64,000 nt of DNA from a virus (lineage: Duplodnaviria > Caudoviricetes). Below the pieces are notes generated by a model. The model saw only the letters and a program-made list of their open reading frames with translations. It was not told the DNA's origin and did no database searches. Below are positions 18,652 to 29,203 of this stretch, in pieces; within the stretch, counting starts at the first letter, position 1; every line of letters begins with the position of its first letter. Position numbers and translations under genes: made by a program. Location: positions 43,314 to 107,313 of the IMG/VR virus record IMGVR_UViG_2687453341_000003; one strand, 5' to 3'.

Positions 18652-21450
18652 ATGTCAAACGAATCCGCAACGCGACAACAGATCATCGACCACCGGCTAA
18701 AGGAAGCCGGTTGGGACGTTCTTGATCGCACGCAGGTTGTGGAAGAATTCACCATCGAAAAAGCCTCAGAGATGCAAGTGAAGGAGGAAGCTGCTTCCTT
18801 TGGCAATCGAGAGTTCAGCGACTACGTCCTTCTCGGAAAAAACGGCAAACCTTTGGCGGTAGTCGAAGCGAAGCGAACATCGAAGGATGCTGAACTCGGG
18901 CGTGAACAGGCAAAACAGTATTGCATTAATATTCAGGCGCGTATTGGCGGAGAACTACCCTTCTGCTTCTACACCAATGGTCACGAGATCTACTTTTGGA
19001 ATATCGGAGAAGGGCCACCACAGCGGGTCCATGGATTTCCAACGCGGCAGGATCTGGAGAGACTTTTATATATTCGGAAGAACAAAAAGCCACTCGTTGA
19101 TGAGCTGATAAACACGGACATTGCTGGACGCGACTACCAGATCCAAGCCATCCGAACAGTGATGGAAGGCATTGCTAAGAGCCGCCGTCAATTCCTGCTG
19201 GTAATGGCAACGGGAACAGGAAAAACCCGTACCTGTATTGCTCTGGTCGATGCTCTGATGCGTGCGGGGTACGTTCAGCGAGTTCTCTTTTTGGTGGACC
19301 GCATTGCCCTTCGCGGTCAGGCCCTCGATGCGTTCAAGGAACATATACCTGACGAACCCCGCTGGCCGGAGCCCGGTGAAAAGTCAATCACCACGGATCG
19401 CCGAATCTATGTTGCCACTTACCCAACGATGCTTAACATTGTGCGGGATGAAGAGAACTCTCTGTCGCCGCATTTCTTCGATCTTGTGATCGTCGATGAA
19501 AGCCATCGGTCTATTTACAACACCTACGGTGAAGTCCTCGATTATTTTCATTCAATCACGCTGGGGCTGACTGCCACGCCACGCGACGTCATAGATCACA
19601 ACACCTTTGCCGTATTCCACTGCGAGGACGGACTTCCCAGCTTCGCCTTCTCCTACGATGAAGCCATCAATCACGTCCCCCCATACCTATGCGACTTCCG
19701 AGTCCTGAAGATCAAAACCAAATTCCAGGACGAGGGCATCAGCAAACGCACAATCAGCCTCGAGGACCAAAAGCGTCTCATCCTCGAGGGTAAGGACATC
19801 GAGGAAATCGTTTACGAAGGCACCGACCTCGAAAAGAAGGTCACGAACCACGCTACTAACGCCCTCATCGTAAAGGAGTTCATGGAGGAATCCATCAAGG
19901 ACACCAACGGAGTTCTTCCTGGAAAGACGATTTTCTTTTGTATGTCGGTCGCCCACGCGCGACGCATCGAGCGCATCTTCGATTCACTCTATCCGGAATA
20001 CAAAGGCGAACTCGCCAAGGTCTTGGTTTCCGACGATCCTCGCGTCTACGGCAAGGGCGGATTGCTGGACCAGTTCACTCGGAGCGATATGCCCCGTGTG
20101 GCGATCAGCGTCGACATGCTCGATACCGGCATCGACGTTCGTGAAATCGTCAACCTCGTCTTCGCGAAGCCGGTGTTCTCGTACACAAAGTTCTGGCAGA
20201 TGATTGGTCGTGGTACGAGACTTCTGGAGTCCAATAAGATCAAGGCTTGGTGTCCTGAGAAGGATGTCTTCCAGATTATTGATTGCTGGGACAATTTTGA
20301 TTACTTCCAACTCTCTCCGAAGGGTAAAGAACCCAAGCCGCAGGTTCCGCTACCGGTTCGACTGGTTGGCGCTCGCATCGACAAGATTGAAGCCGCTCAG
20401 GCTCTTGGCAATTCGTCCGTAGCGGACAAAGAGATCGCTGCCCTTCGCGGCCAAATTGCAGTTCTCCCCGGCAATTCGGTCGCCATCATGGAATCGAAGG
20501 CCAATCTCGCGAAATGCGGCGCTGATGCTTTCTGGCAGCCATTGACGGCGGATGGCATCGCGTTCCTTCGCCATGTGATTCAGCCGCTATTCCGCGCTTT
20601 GTCGCAGGTCGATTTCAAAGCGATGCGATTCGAGAAAGACGTGCTCGAAGCATCTCTCGCGCATCTCAAGGGCGAAAAGGAGAAATACGCCTCCCTGACC
20701 GAGAGTCTTACCACTCAGATCAGTGAATTGCCGCTTTCCGTCAATGTTGTTGCGCAGGAAGCAGGGCTAATTCAAAAGGCTCAAACAAATCACTACTGGG
20801 CCACAATCACCGATCAAGGATTTGATGATCTTGTAAAGCGGCTAGGTCCACTGATGCACTATCGCGATGGACGCGGCCCAAGCGACGGCCCCGCAAACTT
20901 CAACTTTGCCGATGTGTTAACAGCCAAGGAATACATCGAATTCGGTCCGGAACACGAGTCGCTTAGCATTGCCCAATATCGCAAGCTAGTCGAAGAAAAG
21001 GTCAACGAACTGACCGCTAGTAATAGCATTCTGCAAAAGATTCGGGATGGACTGACTGTCACCGAAGAAGAGGCCGAAGAGTTGGCGACACAGCTTCACG
21101 ACGAACACCCGCACATCACGCTTCAACTGCTCCGAAGAGTCTACCAACATCAGCGAGCTTCATTCATTCGCTTCATCCGTCACATCCTCGGAATCGAAAT
21201 CCTCGAGAGTTTCCCAGATACTGTTTCCAAGTCGATCGATCAGTTCATCACCCAACATCCCGCACTCAATAGCCATCAGCTTCAGTTCTTGAGGCTGCTG
21301 CGTGATTTCCTGATTGAACGCGGTGGCATCGAGAAGCGAGACCTGATCCAAGCCCCGTTTACCGTCATTCATCCCAGCGGAATCCGCGGCATCTTCCCCC
21401 CAAATGAAATCAACGAAATTCTGGCCCTTACCGAAAGTCTGGTCGCCTAA
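18652..21450 (+). CDS. hsdR: Type I restriction enzyme R subunit (EcoAI/EcoEI-like)
   Basis: SDYVL...VEAK nuclease, MATGTGKT, DESH, LTATP, QMIGRGTR. Confidence 0.95.
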   Translation: MSNESATRQQIIDHRLKEAGWDVLDRTQVVEEFTIEKASEMQVKEEAASFGNREFSDYVLLGKNGKPLAVVEAKRTSKDAELGREQAKQYCINIQARIGGELPFCFYTNGHEIYFWNIGEGPPQRVHGFPTRQDLERLLYIRKNKKPLVDELINTDIAGRDYQIQAIRTVMEGIAKSRRQFLLVMATGTGKTRTCIALVDALMRAGYVQRVLFLVDRIALRGQALDAFKEHIPDEPRWPEPGEKSITTDRRIYVATYPTMLNIVRDEENSLSPHFFDLVIVDESHRSIYNTYGEVLDYFHSITLGLTATPRDVIDHNTFAVFHCEDGLPSFAFSYDEAINHVPPYLCDFRVLKIKTKFQDEGISKRTISLEDQKRLILEGKDIEEIVYEGTDLEKKVTNHATNALIVKEFMEESIKDTNGVLPGKTIFFCMSVAHARRIERIFDSLYPEYKGELAKVLVSDDPRVYGKGGLLDQFTRSDMPRVAISVDMLDTGIDVREIVNLVFAKPVFSYTKFWQMIGRGTRLLESNKIKAWCPEKDVFQIIDCWDNFDYFQLSPKGKEPKPQVPLPVRLVGARIDKIEAAQALGNSSVADKEIAALRGQIAVLPGNSVAIMESKANLAKCGADAFWQPLTADGIAFLRHVIQPLFRALSQVDFKAMRFEKDVLEASLAHLKGEKEKYASLTESLTTQISELPLSVNVVAQEAGLIQKAQTNHYWATITDQGFDDLVKRLGPLMHYRDGRGPSDGPANFNFADVLTAKEYIEFGPEHESLSIAQYRKLVEEKVNELTASNSILQKIRDGLTVTEEEAEELATQLHDEHPHITLQLLRRVYQHQRASFIRFIRHILGIEILESFPDTVSKSIDQFITQHPALNSHQLQFLRLLRDFLIERGGIEKRDLIQAPFTVIHPSGIRGIFPPNEINEILALTESLVA

Positions 21451-21453
21451 CTT

Positions 21454-23118
21454 ATGCTCCAACTAAACGCTAAACTCCGTGCACTGATCGCCAAGTTGTG
21501 GGACCGCTTCTGGTCCGGAGGCATTTCAAATCCGCTCTCTGCGATTGAACAGATCACCTATCTGCTTTTCATGAGGCAGATCGATGACCTCGATCTTAAG
21601 CGCGAGCAAGATGCAGAGTTCACCGGAGACAGCTACACCTCGCGATTCTCAGGGGAGTACTTCCTGCCGAATGATCGTTCCCGCATTGAGGAGATGGAAA
21701 AGCCCAGAGTAGGAGAAACTGCTTCCCAGAAGAAAACTCGAGAAGCCGAAGCAAAAAGCGAACGTAAGCGACTTGCCATCGATAAGGGCACTCTCCGTTG
21801 GAGCCACTTCCGGCAAATGAAAGCCGACGAGATGTTGCCGCACGTGCAGCAAAAGGTCTTCCCGTTCATTAAAGAGCTGAACGGCGACGGAAGTAATTTC
21901 GCGAAGCACATGGCAAACGCGGTATTCATCATTCCCAGTGCCAACCTATTGCAAGGGGCGGTGCAGATCATCGAAGAGATCTTCGTTGAAATCGAACGCG
22001 ATGCGAAGGAAGAAGGGCATCTTTTTCAGGACATTCAGGGTGATGTCTATGAGATGCTGCTAAACGAGATCAGTAGCGCTGGTAAGAACGGCCAGTTTCG
22101 CACGCCTCGGCACATCATCAAACTAATTAGCGAGTTGGCGAATCCCCAGCTCGGTCACCGCATCTGCGATCCCGCCTGCGGCACAGCGGGCTTTTTGCTG
22201 GATGCCTATCAATACATTGTTACCCAACTCGCGCAGAAGAAGTCCAAGAAGCAGCAGTTCCAACCCGACGAAGATGGCTTCATTCGTACGAGTGTCAGCG
22301 GCCAGCTTGACCAGAACAATAAGGACATCCTGGAACAAGGTCTCTTTGGCTTCGATTTCGACAGCACTATGGTTCGACTGGCCCTGATGAATCTAATGAT
22401 GCATGGCATCGACAATCCGCATGTCGACTACCAGGACACGCTCAGCAAGAGCTTTACGGAAGAAGCTAAGTACGACATCGTGATGGCCAATCCGCCATTC
22501 ACTGGCAGCATCGACAAAGGTGACATCAATGAGAGTCTAACGCTCAAGACCACCAAAACAGAGTTGCTTTTTACCGAACGTATCTTCACATTGCTTAGAA
22601 CAGGAGGTACAGCAGGCATTATCGTGCCGCAAGGCGTACTATTTGGCGCAGCCAACGCGTTCGTCGAGGCGAGAAAAAAGCTTGTAGAGGAGGCGGAACT
22701 TAAGGCGGTCATTTCGCTTCCCAGTGGCGTCTTCAAGCCCTATGCCGGTGTTGCCACAGCGATTCTGGTGTTCACTCGCGGCGGCAAGACGCAAAATACT
22801 TGGTTCTACAACCTAACGAACGACGGGATGACGCTCGATGATCGTCGCCAACGCGTTGTTGGGAGTGAACTTCCTGATGTTGTCGCCCAGTGGAATGCTC
22901 GCAACCCGAATGAACCGGGAGATCGGAAGTCGAATTGCTTCTTTGTTCCGGTGGAGGAGATTCGCGAAAAGTTGTATGACCTGTCGTTCAATCGCTACGG
23001 CAAGGTTGAGCACGACGAGACAGAACACGAGGATCCCAAATCCATCCTCCAGACGCTGGCGACCCTAGAAGACAAGATTCGGGCGGGAATCGTGGAATTG
23101 CAGGAGATTCTCGGATGA
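21454..23118 (+). CDS. hsdM: Type I R-M methyltransferase M subunit (m6A)
   Basis: GQFRTPRHI, DPACGTAGFL, NPPF, GVFKPYAGV. Confidence 0.95.
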   Translation: MLQLNAKLRALIAKLWDRFWSGGISNPLSAIEQITYLLFMRQIDDLDLKREQDAEFTGDSYTSRFSGEYFLPNDRSRIEEMEKPRVGETASQKKTREAEAKSERKRLAIDKGTLRWSHFRQMKADEMLPHVQQKVFPFIKELNGDGSNFAKHMANAVFIIPSANLLQGAVQIIEEIFVEIERDAKEEGHLFQDIQGDVYEMLLNEISSAGKNGQFRTPRHIIKLISELANPQLGHRICDPACGTAGFLLDAYQYIVTQLAQKKSKKQQFQPDEDGFIRTSVSGQLDQNNKDILEQGLFGFDFDSTMVRLALMNLMMHGIDNPHVDYQDTLSKSFTEEAKYDIVMANPPFTGSIDKGDINESLTLKTTKTELLFTERIFTLLRTGGTAGIIVPQGVLFGAANAFVEARKKLVEEAELKAVISLPSGVFKPYAGVATAILVFTRGGKTQNTWFYNLTNDGMTLDDRRQRVVGSELPDVVAQWNARNPNEPGDRKSNCFFVPVEEIREKLYDLSFNRYGKVEHDETEHEDPKSILQTLATLEDKIRAGIVELQEILG

Positions 23119-24695
23119 GCAACCTTGTCCCTCCTTCCCGAGACAATTGGTCTGAAGAACCGCTTGGCGATCTATGTGAGATTGTCATAGGTCGAACCCC
23201 GCGTCGGAACAACGCAGCATACTGGAACGGCTCGCTTCCATGGGTTTCAATTGCCGATTTGAACCAGGGCCGACTTCTTCGCAAGACGAAGGAATCGATT
23301 ACGCCTCTCGGGGCCACAGAGTCACGAAGTCGCTTGATTCCCACAGGCACCGTGCTACTGAGCTTCAAGCTCTCCATCGGCAAAGTGTCGATCACTGACA
23401 TTGACGTATTTACCAATGAAGCAATTGCCGCGCTACCGATTCGTGATTCCAGTAGGCTCAATCGAGACTATCTGTTTTGGTGCTTGAAGAGCATACGCCT
23501 TGATGAGGAAGTAGACGCTGCGGCAAAAGGGAAAACACTCAATTCAAAGAAACTGGAACGTATAGCCATTCCCATTCCGCCGTTGGACGAGCAACGGCGG
23601 ATTGCGGCGGTGTTGGACAAGGCCGATGCCCTCCGCCGCCAGCGCCAGGAATCACTGCAACTCACCGAGAAGCTCCTGCAATCCGTCTTCGTGGAGATGT
23701 TCGGAACCGAGAATTCCCCGCAATGCCCACGAGTGAAGCTTGCGGACCACCTCGAGTTCATTACGACTGGTGGCCGTGGCTGGGCCAAGTATTATTCCAA
23801 TGAGGGTGCCCGATTCATTCGTTCCTTGGATGTGCGGATGAATGAGATCGATAGCTCGCAGATGGTTTGCGTAAACGCACCCAAAAATGCGGAAGCGGAA
23901 CGCACTCGTACACGCGATGGCGACGTACTGTTGACGATGACTGGTTCACTCATCGGTCGAGTGGCTCCGGTTACTGCCCAACATTCGGGCGGATACATCA
24001 GCCAACACGTGGCGATCTTGCGAGCAAAGGGCTTTCAGCCGGAGTTTCTCTCATGGGCGATTTCCACAGAAGAAGGTCAACGCCAAATCCAGAAGCATCA
24101 GACTGGACAAACGAAGCCGGGATTAAATTTCGAGCAAGTTAGACGGCTACTCGTTCCTCGCCCGCCAATCGAGGATGAGAAGAAGTTCTGCGATTTGATC
24201 CGTCGTCGGCGCATTATTCTCGCTGATCAACGCGCATCATTGGCTCAATGCGAAAGCTTATTCGCCGCAACTCAACAGCGCGCCTTTCGTGGCGAACTGG
24301 ATCTGAGTCGACTCACACTCGAGGCATTGCCAGCGACTGAAATTGCCCCTGAATTGCCGGGGCATCACCATAACGATGGAGTTTACAATCGACCCGGTTT
24401 TTTTATCGCACCACCTGAAATAGAAGCAAAGCTTAAAACGATGGAGGAGCAACTTTCATGGGGGCCGGGAGATTCGATCCCATGGAGTGAAGACTATTTC
24501 AAGTATCGAACGCTAAGCCAACTTCTTGTCCCTCCATTCTCATTCGACGACGTTTGGCAGAAAACGATCTACGACATGGAAGAGGCTGATTACGAAACGG
24601 TCAAAGATAGAATTTTCAAGTATCTTGCGTCAGGACTCCTGGTGCAGGAGTTCGACGAGGAGCGGCGAGAGATTGTATTCAGGCCCCGGACATGA
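23115..24695 (+). CDS. hsdS: Type I R-M specificity subunit with ~130 aa C-terminal extension
   Basis: Two TRDs, IPIPPLDEQRRIAAVLDKAD, QQRAFRGEL followed by an extra domain. Confidence 0.9.
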   Translation: MSNLVPPSRDNWSEEPLGDLCEIVIGRTPRRNNAAYWNGSLPWVSIADLNQGRLLRKTKESITPLGATESRSRLIPTGTVLLSFKLSIGKVSITDIDVFTNEAIAALPIRDSSRLNRDYLFWCLKSIRLDEEVDAAAKGKTLNSKKLERIAIPIPPLDEQRRIAAVLDKADALRRQRQESLQLTEKLLQSVFVEMFGTENSPQCPRVKLADHLEFITTGGRGWAKYYSNEGARFIRSLDVRMNEIDSSQMVCVNAPKNAEAERTRTRDGDVLLTMTGSLIGRVAPVTAQHSGGYISQHVAILRAKGFQPEFLSWAISTEEGQRQIQKHQTGQTKPGLNFEQVRRLLVPRPPIEDEKKFCDLIRRRRIILADQRASLAQCESLFAATQQRAFRGELDLSRLTLEALPATEIAPELPGHHHNDGVYNRPGFFIAPPEIEAKLKTMEEQLSWGPGDSIPWSEDYFKYRTLSQLLVPPFSFDDVWQKTIYDMEEADYETVKDRIFKYLASGLLVQEFDEERREIVFRPRT

Positions 24696-26509
24696 AACTC
24701 ATTCGCCTCAAACTCGATGTCCCCTTCCGCAGCCTTCCTCCAGGTTTCGAGATTAACTTCCTGCGCGAATGGGACTTCGACCGCAGCTTCGAATTCCATC
24801 CCTACTGCTTCGCCGGTCGCAATGGCAGCGGCAAGTCGAATGTCCTCGAAGCACTAGCTTCCATTTTTTACCACATTGAGTGCATTCATCTCGAAAATCG
24901 CCCAGTGGGATTTGAATACGACGAGGAATCGAATCCGAAAGGCTTCACCGCCAAAGTCAGTACACCGGATGCGTTTGAACTGGAATACTTCATCGGGATA
25001 AGGCTTGGATCGCTCGATGGTCTCTCATCGGAGCAGGCGAGACAATTCGATTTGTCGGGAAAGCAAAAATTTCACGTTCTTATGACGAAACGGGTTGGTC
25101 AACCGCCCATCATGCGTTGCGTGAACTTTGGCTTCCTTAATGACAAGAACGGGGAGGTACCTCGAAAAAGAGTGAAGTGGCTACTACCATCGCATGTGGT
25201 AGGGTTCTCGTCGGGAAGGAACGAGGTTTTGAGCCTTCCATTCCTAAAGATGCGGTTTATTCACTTTGACGAATATCGCTCCAAACTATTACAAGGTTCT
25301 GACTACTCTACTCCTGAGGGACGATTAGTTTTCCTTGACGAACAGTTCAGCCAAGCGATTCTGATCTGCCACTTTCTGTTTCCCAGCGATCCCGTAATTC
25401 GCGTATTTGAAGAGAAGATTGGACTCAAGGGAATTCAGCGGTTCCGACTCATCATCCGTCGACATCACCGTCTTCAACGAGCGGAAGAACATCTCAAGAC
25501 GCTGACGAAAGATGATCTGAAGGACTCCTCGAAGACCACAATCGAATTAACCTCGAAACTTTCTGGCTATTACGACGAGAACAACGCCCTGCAGCCAGGT
25601 CTCATCGACAAGCTCATCAAATGCTCGACCGCCCATTACGAGGACTACTCTGCGTATTCGGACGATGAAAGCTACGACCTATATCTGGATTACTGGATCG
25701 ACGATGAGACCAAGAAGGCATTTCGGTACTACTTTGGGGAAGCGTCCGGTGAATCACGCGAAGTTGACACAGCCAAGTCTGCTCTGAACTTGTTCCAGGC
25801 TTTTCAGACCCTGCTAACGCTCAATCACTATTCGGTTGACGAAAAGACGAAGCTTGAGTTGTACCAATCTCGCAGTCTTTATGTGAACGAGACGATCTCG
25901 ACGCCGGCGTCTCATGACCGAATCACTCGCTTTAAAGAAGGTGAGCTGATCAAAGACGGCGTTCGTGAGCCTCTCTATGTCAAAGCCCTTTCCGACGGCG
26001 AACACCAGTTCCTGCACACGATTGGCCTATGTCTGCTCTACCGCCACGAGTCTGCACTCTTTCTGCTCGACGAGCCAGAAACCCACCTCAATCCCGACTG
26101 GCGAGCGTCGTATGTCTCTACTCTGCGAGCCGCCCTCGAAGCCGACGCAGCCACGAAGAACGTGATGCGGGAAGTTCTGCTGACATCGCACTCACCGTTT
26201 ATTGTCTCAGACTGCCGAAAAGAAAACGTGCGTGTTTTCACCAAAGATCCGAAGACCCAAAAGGTGAGCTGGCAACCGCCTGACTTTGAAACGTTCGGTG
26301 CATCTGCGAATGCAATCACGATTAAGGTGTTCGGCCAAATCGAAACGATCGGTGATTATGCAATGTCGATCCTGAATGCCTTACGGCACCGGCTAGACGC
26401 TGGGGAAGATCCCGAATTACTCATCAAAGAGGCAGATAGAGCACTCGGTGACTCGGTAGAGAAAGTCCTCTTCGTGAACCAAGCCTTAAAGAAGAAAGAG
26501 GGCAAATAG
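24692..26509 (+). CDS. Restriction-system-associated ABC-type ATPase (PtuA-like)
   Basis: GRNGSGKS, LSDGEHQ, LLDEPETHLNP, TSHSP; 4-nt overlap with hsdS. Confidence 0.85.
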   Translation: MKLIRLKLDVPFRSLPPGFEINFLREWDFDRSFEFHPYCFAGRNGSGKSNVLEALASIFYHIECIHLENRPVGFEYDEESNPKGFTAKVSTPDAFELEYFIGIRLGSLDGLSSEQARQFDLSGKQKFHVLMTKRVGQPPIMRCVNFGFLNDKNGEVPRKRVKWLLPSHVVGFSSGRNEVLSLPFLKMRFIHFDEYRSKLLQGSDYSTPEGRLVFLDEQFSQAILICHFLFPSDPVIRVFEEKIGLKGIQRFRLIIRRHHRLQRAEEHLKTLTKDDLKDSSKTTIELTSKLSGYYDENNALQPGLIDKLIKCSTAHYEDYSAYSDDESYDLYLDYWIDDETKKAFRYYFGEASGESREVDTAKSALNLFQAFQTLLTLNHYSVDEKTKLELYQSRSLYVNETISTPASHDRITRFKEGELIKDGVREPLYVKALSDGEHQFLHTIGLCLLYRHESALFLLDEPETHLNPDWRASYVSTLRAALEADAATKNVMREVLLTSHSPFIVSDCRKENVRVFTKDPKTQKVSWQPPDFETFGASANAITIKVFGQIETIGDYAMSILNALRHRLDAGEDPELLIKEADRALGDSVEKVLFVNQALKKKEGK

Positions 26510-26513
26510 TCTT

Positions 26514-27587
26514 ATGCTCTTTAACTATCGCTATGTAACGCACGACATCGAGAAATTCCAAACATGGCTCCATCACCTGGTCAAGTCTGTGTGGTGCCGT
26601 AACGGAGGCGTTTATTCGCTCAGTCTTCTTCATCCAGATTTGAAAGCTGTCATCGAAGAAATCGCAAACGACGACAGCATAACCAAAGATCACCTTGACG
26701 GACCAATCAAGACGATCGACGCAATCTTTCAGAGTCAATTGACCCAGGCTCAACGAGCTCAAATGAGCCAGTGGTACGATCACAACAACGATATCGAAAC
26801 GCTCTGCGGAAACGATCCCAGTAAGTCGCCAGGAACGTATGCGGATGTCAGAGCAATCAATGCGGATTTAGAAACGGTGCTGAAGGCATTTTGCAAATGC
26901 CTATTTTCAGACGTGATTCACCTGAAAGCGGTCTCTAGTCGAACCGCTGCGATCGAGCATCACTATGATGCCTTTGTCACGGAAAACGACGAAGGCAAGT
27001 GCCCCTATTGTGGCTACAACGACATCAAGGGACTAAATAATACGAAGAAGGAAGCGTACGATCACTTTTTACCCAAGGGAACGTATCCATTCAACTCCGT
27101 GAATTTCAAGAACCTGGCATTAATGTGCCACGAGTGCAACTCAAGCTACAAACTACAAAAGGACCCGCTTCGTCATATCGACCCAATCCGAAAAGCCGCA
27201 GGCGGCACTCGCCGCAAGGCGTTTTACAGCTTTGCGAACGTGGCTCCCACCATCACGATTAGCATGACGATTGCGTCGTCGGATGTTAACAAATTGAGCC
27301 CGTCGGAGATTGCGTTGACCGTCGATGCTGCCGGCCGAGATGAAGAACTGGAGTCATGGATGGATGTTTACGGTATCGAAGAACGCTATAAGGCTAAGCT
27401 TTGCGCTAAGAATGACGGCAAGTACTGGCTTGTGCAGGCGATTGAAGAATGCGCTAATGGCGGAACGACACCTCAGAAGATCGTCGAGAAGATTGAACAA
27501 AACGCCAATTCGAATCCGTGGGCCGAAATAAACTTTCTCAAGTTCCCATTCCTTCAAGCTTGCAAAGACTCAGGCCTTCTGCGGTGA
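26514..27587 (+). CDS. HNH endonuclease (PtuB-like)
   Basis: CPYCG...DHFLPK..YP....NL..MCHECN. Confidence 0.85.
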   Translation: MLFNYRYVTHDIEKFQTWLHHLVKSVWCRNGGVYSLSLLHPDLKAVIEEIANDDSITKDHLDGPIKTIDAIFQSQLTQAQRAQMSQWYDHNNDIETLCGNDPSKSPGTYADVRAINADLETVLKAFCKCLFSDVIHLKAVSSRTAAIEHHYDAFVTENDEGKCPYCGYNDIKGLNNTKKEAYDHFLPKGTYPFNSVNFKNLALMCHECNSSYKLQKDPLRHIDPIRKAAGGTRRKAFYSFANVAPTITISMTIASSDVNKLSPSEIALTVDAAGRDEELESWMDVYGIEERYKAKLCAKNDGKYWLVQAIEECANGGTTPQKIVEKIEQNANSNPWAEINFLKFPFLQACKDSGLLR

Positions 27588-27799
27588 CCTCCTAGCTCCT
27601 GGCGGCGGCCATACAAGTGATCGACGCGGCGATGGATCGGAATGATCACCATGTGATTCCCAGGAGATACAGATGCGAGTGAAAAGCTCCAGCATATACG
27701 GTTGGAGTCGAAGGAAAAATGAACCCTTGAGCCACTAACTGCCTTTCTACTTAGAACACAATGGATAGAGAAAATGCAAAAAGCGAAAGGCATTGATCG

Positions 27800-28336
27800 A
27801 TGAAAACCAAATACAACAAGACCTTCGGCCCAAGTGACACCGACTTCGATATGAATGCCTGCGTGGGTTATGACCCAAATTCATGGGGAACCAATGCGTC
27901 GGGCTTTCAATTGAGCGCAAACAAGCTCGTGGATTTTGCGAGAACTAGTGAATCGGATATTGATATCTTGATTTACCCGATCGCCTTTCTTTTCCGCCAT
28001 ACGATTGAGCTATTACTTAAGAAGGCCACTCAAACTACGGGTACTTCGAGAGTCATTGAAAAGGGACATAATCTACTTGATCGGTGGGATGCAATCGCAC
28101 CTCAAGCGGAGGAGCGATTCAAGGGCAATCCCTCTTATATCGACTTCAAGGGACTACGAGAGGTCATCAAAGACTTCGAAAATGTCGATAGTGGGTCATT
28201 TGATTTTCGTTATCCATTTACCACAAGTGGCAATCGAACGCTCGACGGCGTCACCAACGTCAACATAAACGTCTTGGCACAACGTGCCAACAATGCAATC
28301 GAGCAACTCACATTGATCATCGATGCTTATCCGTAG
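27800..28336 (+). CDS. HEPN-like protein
   Basis: YPIAFLFRHTIELLLK...GHNL...D..S..FRYP. Confidence 0.55.
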   Translation: MKTKYNKTFGPSDTDFDMNACVGYDPNSWGTNASGFQLSANKLVDFARTSESDIDILIYPIAFLFRHTIELLLKKATQTTGTSRVIEKGHNLLDRWDAIAPQAEERFKGNPSYIDFKGLREVIKDFENVDSGSFDFRYPFTTSGNRTLDGVTNVNINVLAQRANNAIEQLTLIIDAYP

Positions 28337-28417
28337 GTGCCTGGATTCTGGTAGCCCGGAATAGGATCACAAGATTTTATTTAAAACTGACTAGTTGCGA
28401 ACGGATACTCCAATCGA

Positions 28418-29203
28418 ATGGACGAAGATGCAATCCATGAGCCGATAGCTTTACTTCACTCGCTTGTACCCGAAGTCCATCGCCGTATTGCGGGCGGGAT
28501 TATCGATCGCTTTCCTCGTGGCGGCAACTTCTATAGTTTCATCCGGCGATACCACAGCGTTATTGGAAAGGATCTGCGGAATCAGAGGGGCATCGAAGAT
28601 TGCAAAGACGTTCTTTCTGAACTTGAGTTTGCGGCACTGACAGCAAATTTTTTTGCATCCCTTCAGTACCAAGTCTCAACTCCTACAGGCAAGAAAATTG
28701 ACTTCCTTGCGGAGTTCGAGCAGACAGGGCATGTAGGCATAGAAGTCAAGCGAATCAGAGAGATTCCAGAGCCGACCTCTTACAACGAAGAAGATCAAAT
28801 TCACGAGATCAACTACTCTCAGAAGGAGTCATTTAAGTTCACTGGTAACATCATGGCTGCGATGCATCAATTGATGCCAGATGTTCCGAATGTGATTTAC
28901 GTGAAGATCGAAAGCACCGTCCACGAATTTTATGACGCTGCCGTCGCATTGAACGCCATCGTCCAACGAGTCCGCAACAAGGATATCGACTTCCTTCGAA
29001 AGCACAAATTCGATTCTACCGCACAGTTTCTCGACCATTATCAGCGTATGAACCTTCTGGTTGTCCGGTCAAAGTGGGGGCAAAGCATTTCGTCCACCGG
29101 GACAGACTTTAACTCCAATCGAATTTGGAGAAACGAAGAAGCCGCAATTGGTCTTCCTGAAAACGTGGTGGACATCTTTCGTCGGGGGGAAAATTGGGGA
29201 TAA
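28418..29203 (+). CDS. PD-(D/E)XK-like hypothetical protein
   Basis: SELE...KKIDF...GIEVKRI. Confidence 0.5.
   Translation: MDEDAIHEPIALLHSLVPEVHRRIAGGIIDRFPRGGNFYSFIRRYHSVIGKDLRNQRGIEDCKDVLSELEFAALTANFFASLQYQVSTPTGKKIDFLAEFEQTGHVGIEVKRIREIPEPTSYNEEDQIHEINYSQKESFKFTGNIMAAMHQLMPDVPNVIYVKIESTVHEFYDAAVALNAIVQRVRNKDIDFLRKHKFDSTAQFLDHYQRMNLLVVRSKWGQSISSTGTDFNSNRIWRNEEAAIGLPENVVDIFRRGENWG

Noticed and set aside
27590-27700. Possible HIT-family remnant on minus strand (SVSPGNHMVIIPIHR)
   Set aside because: Too short and degenerate to support without a search
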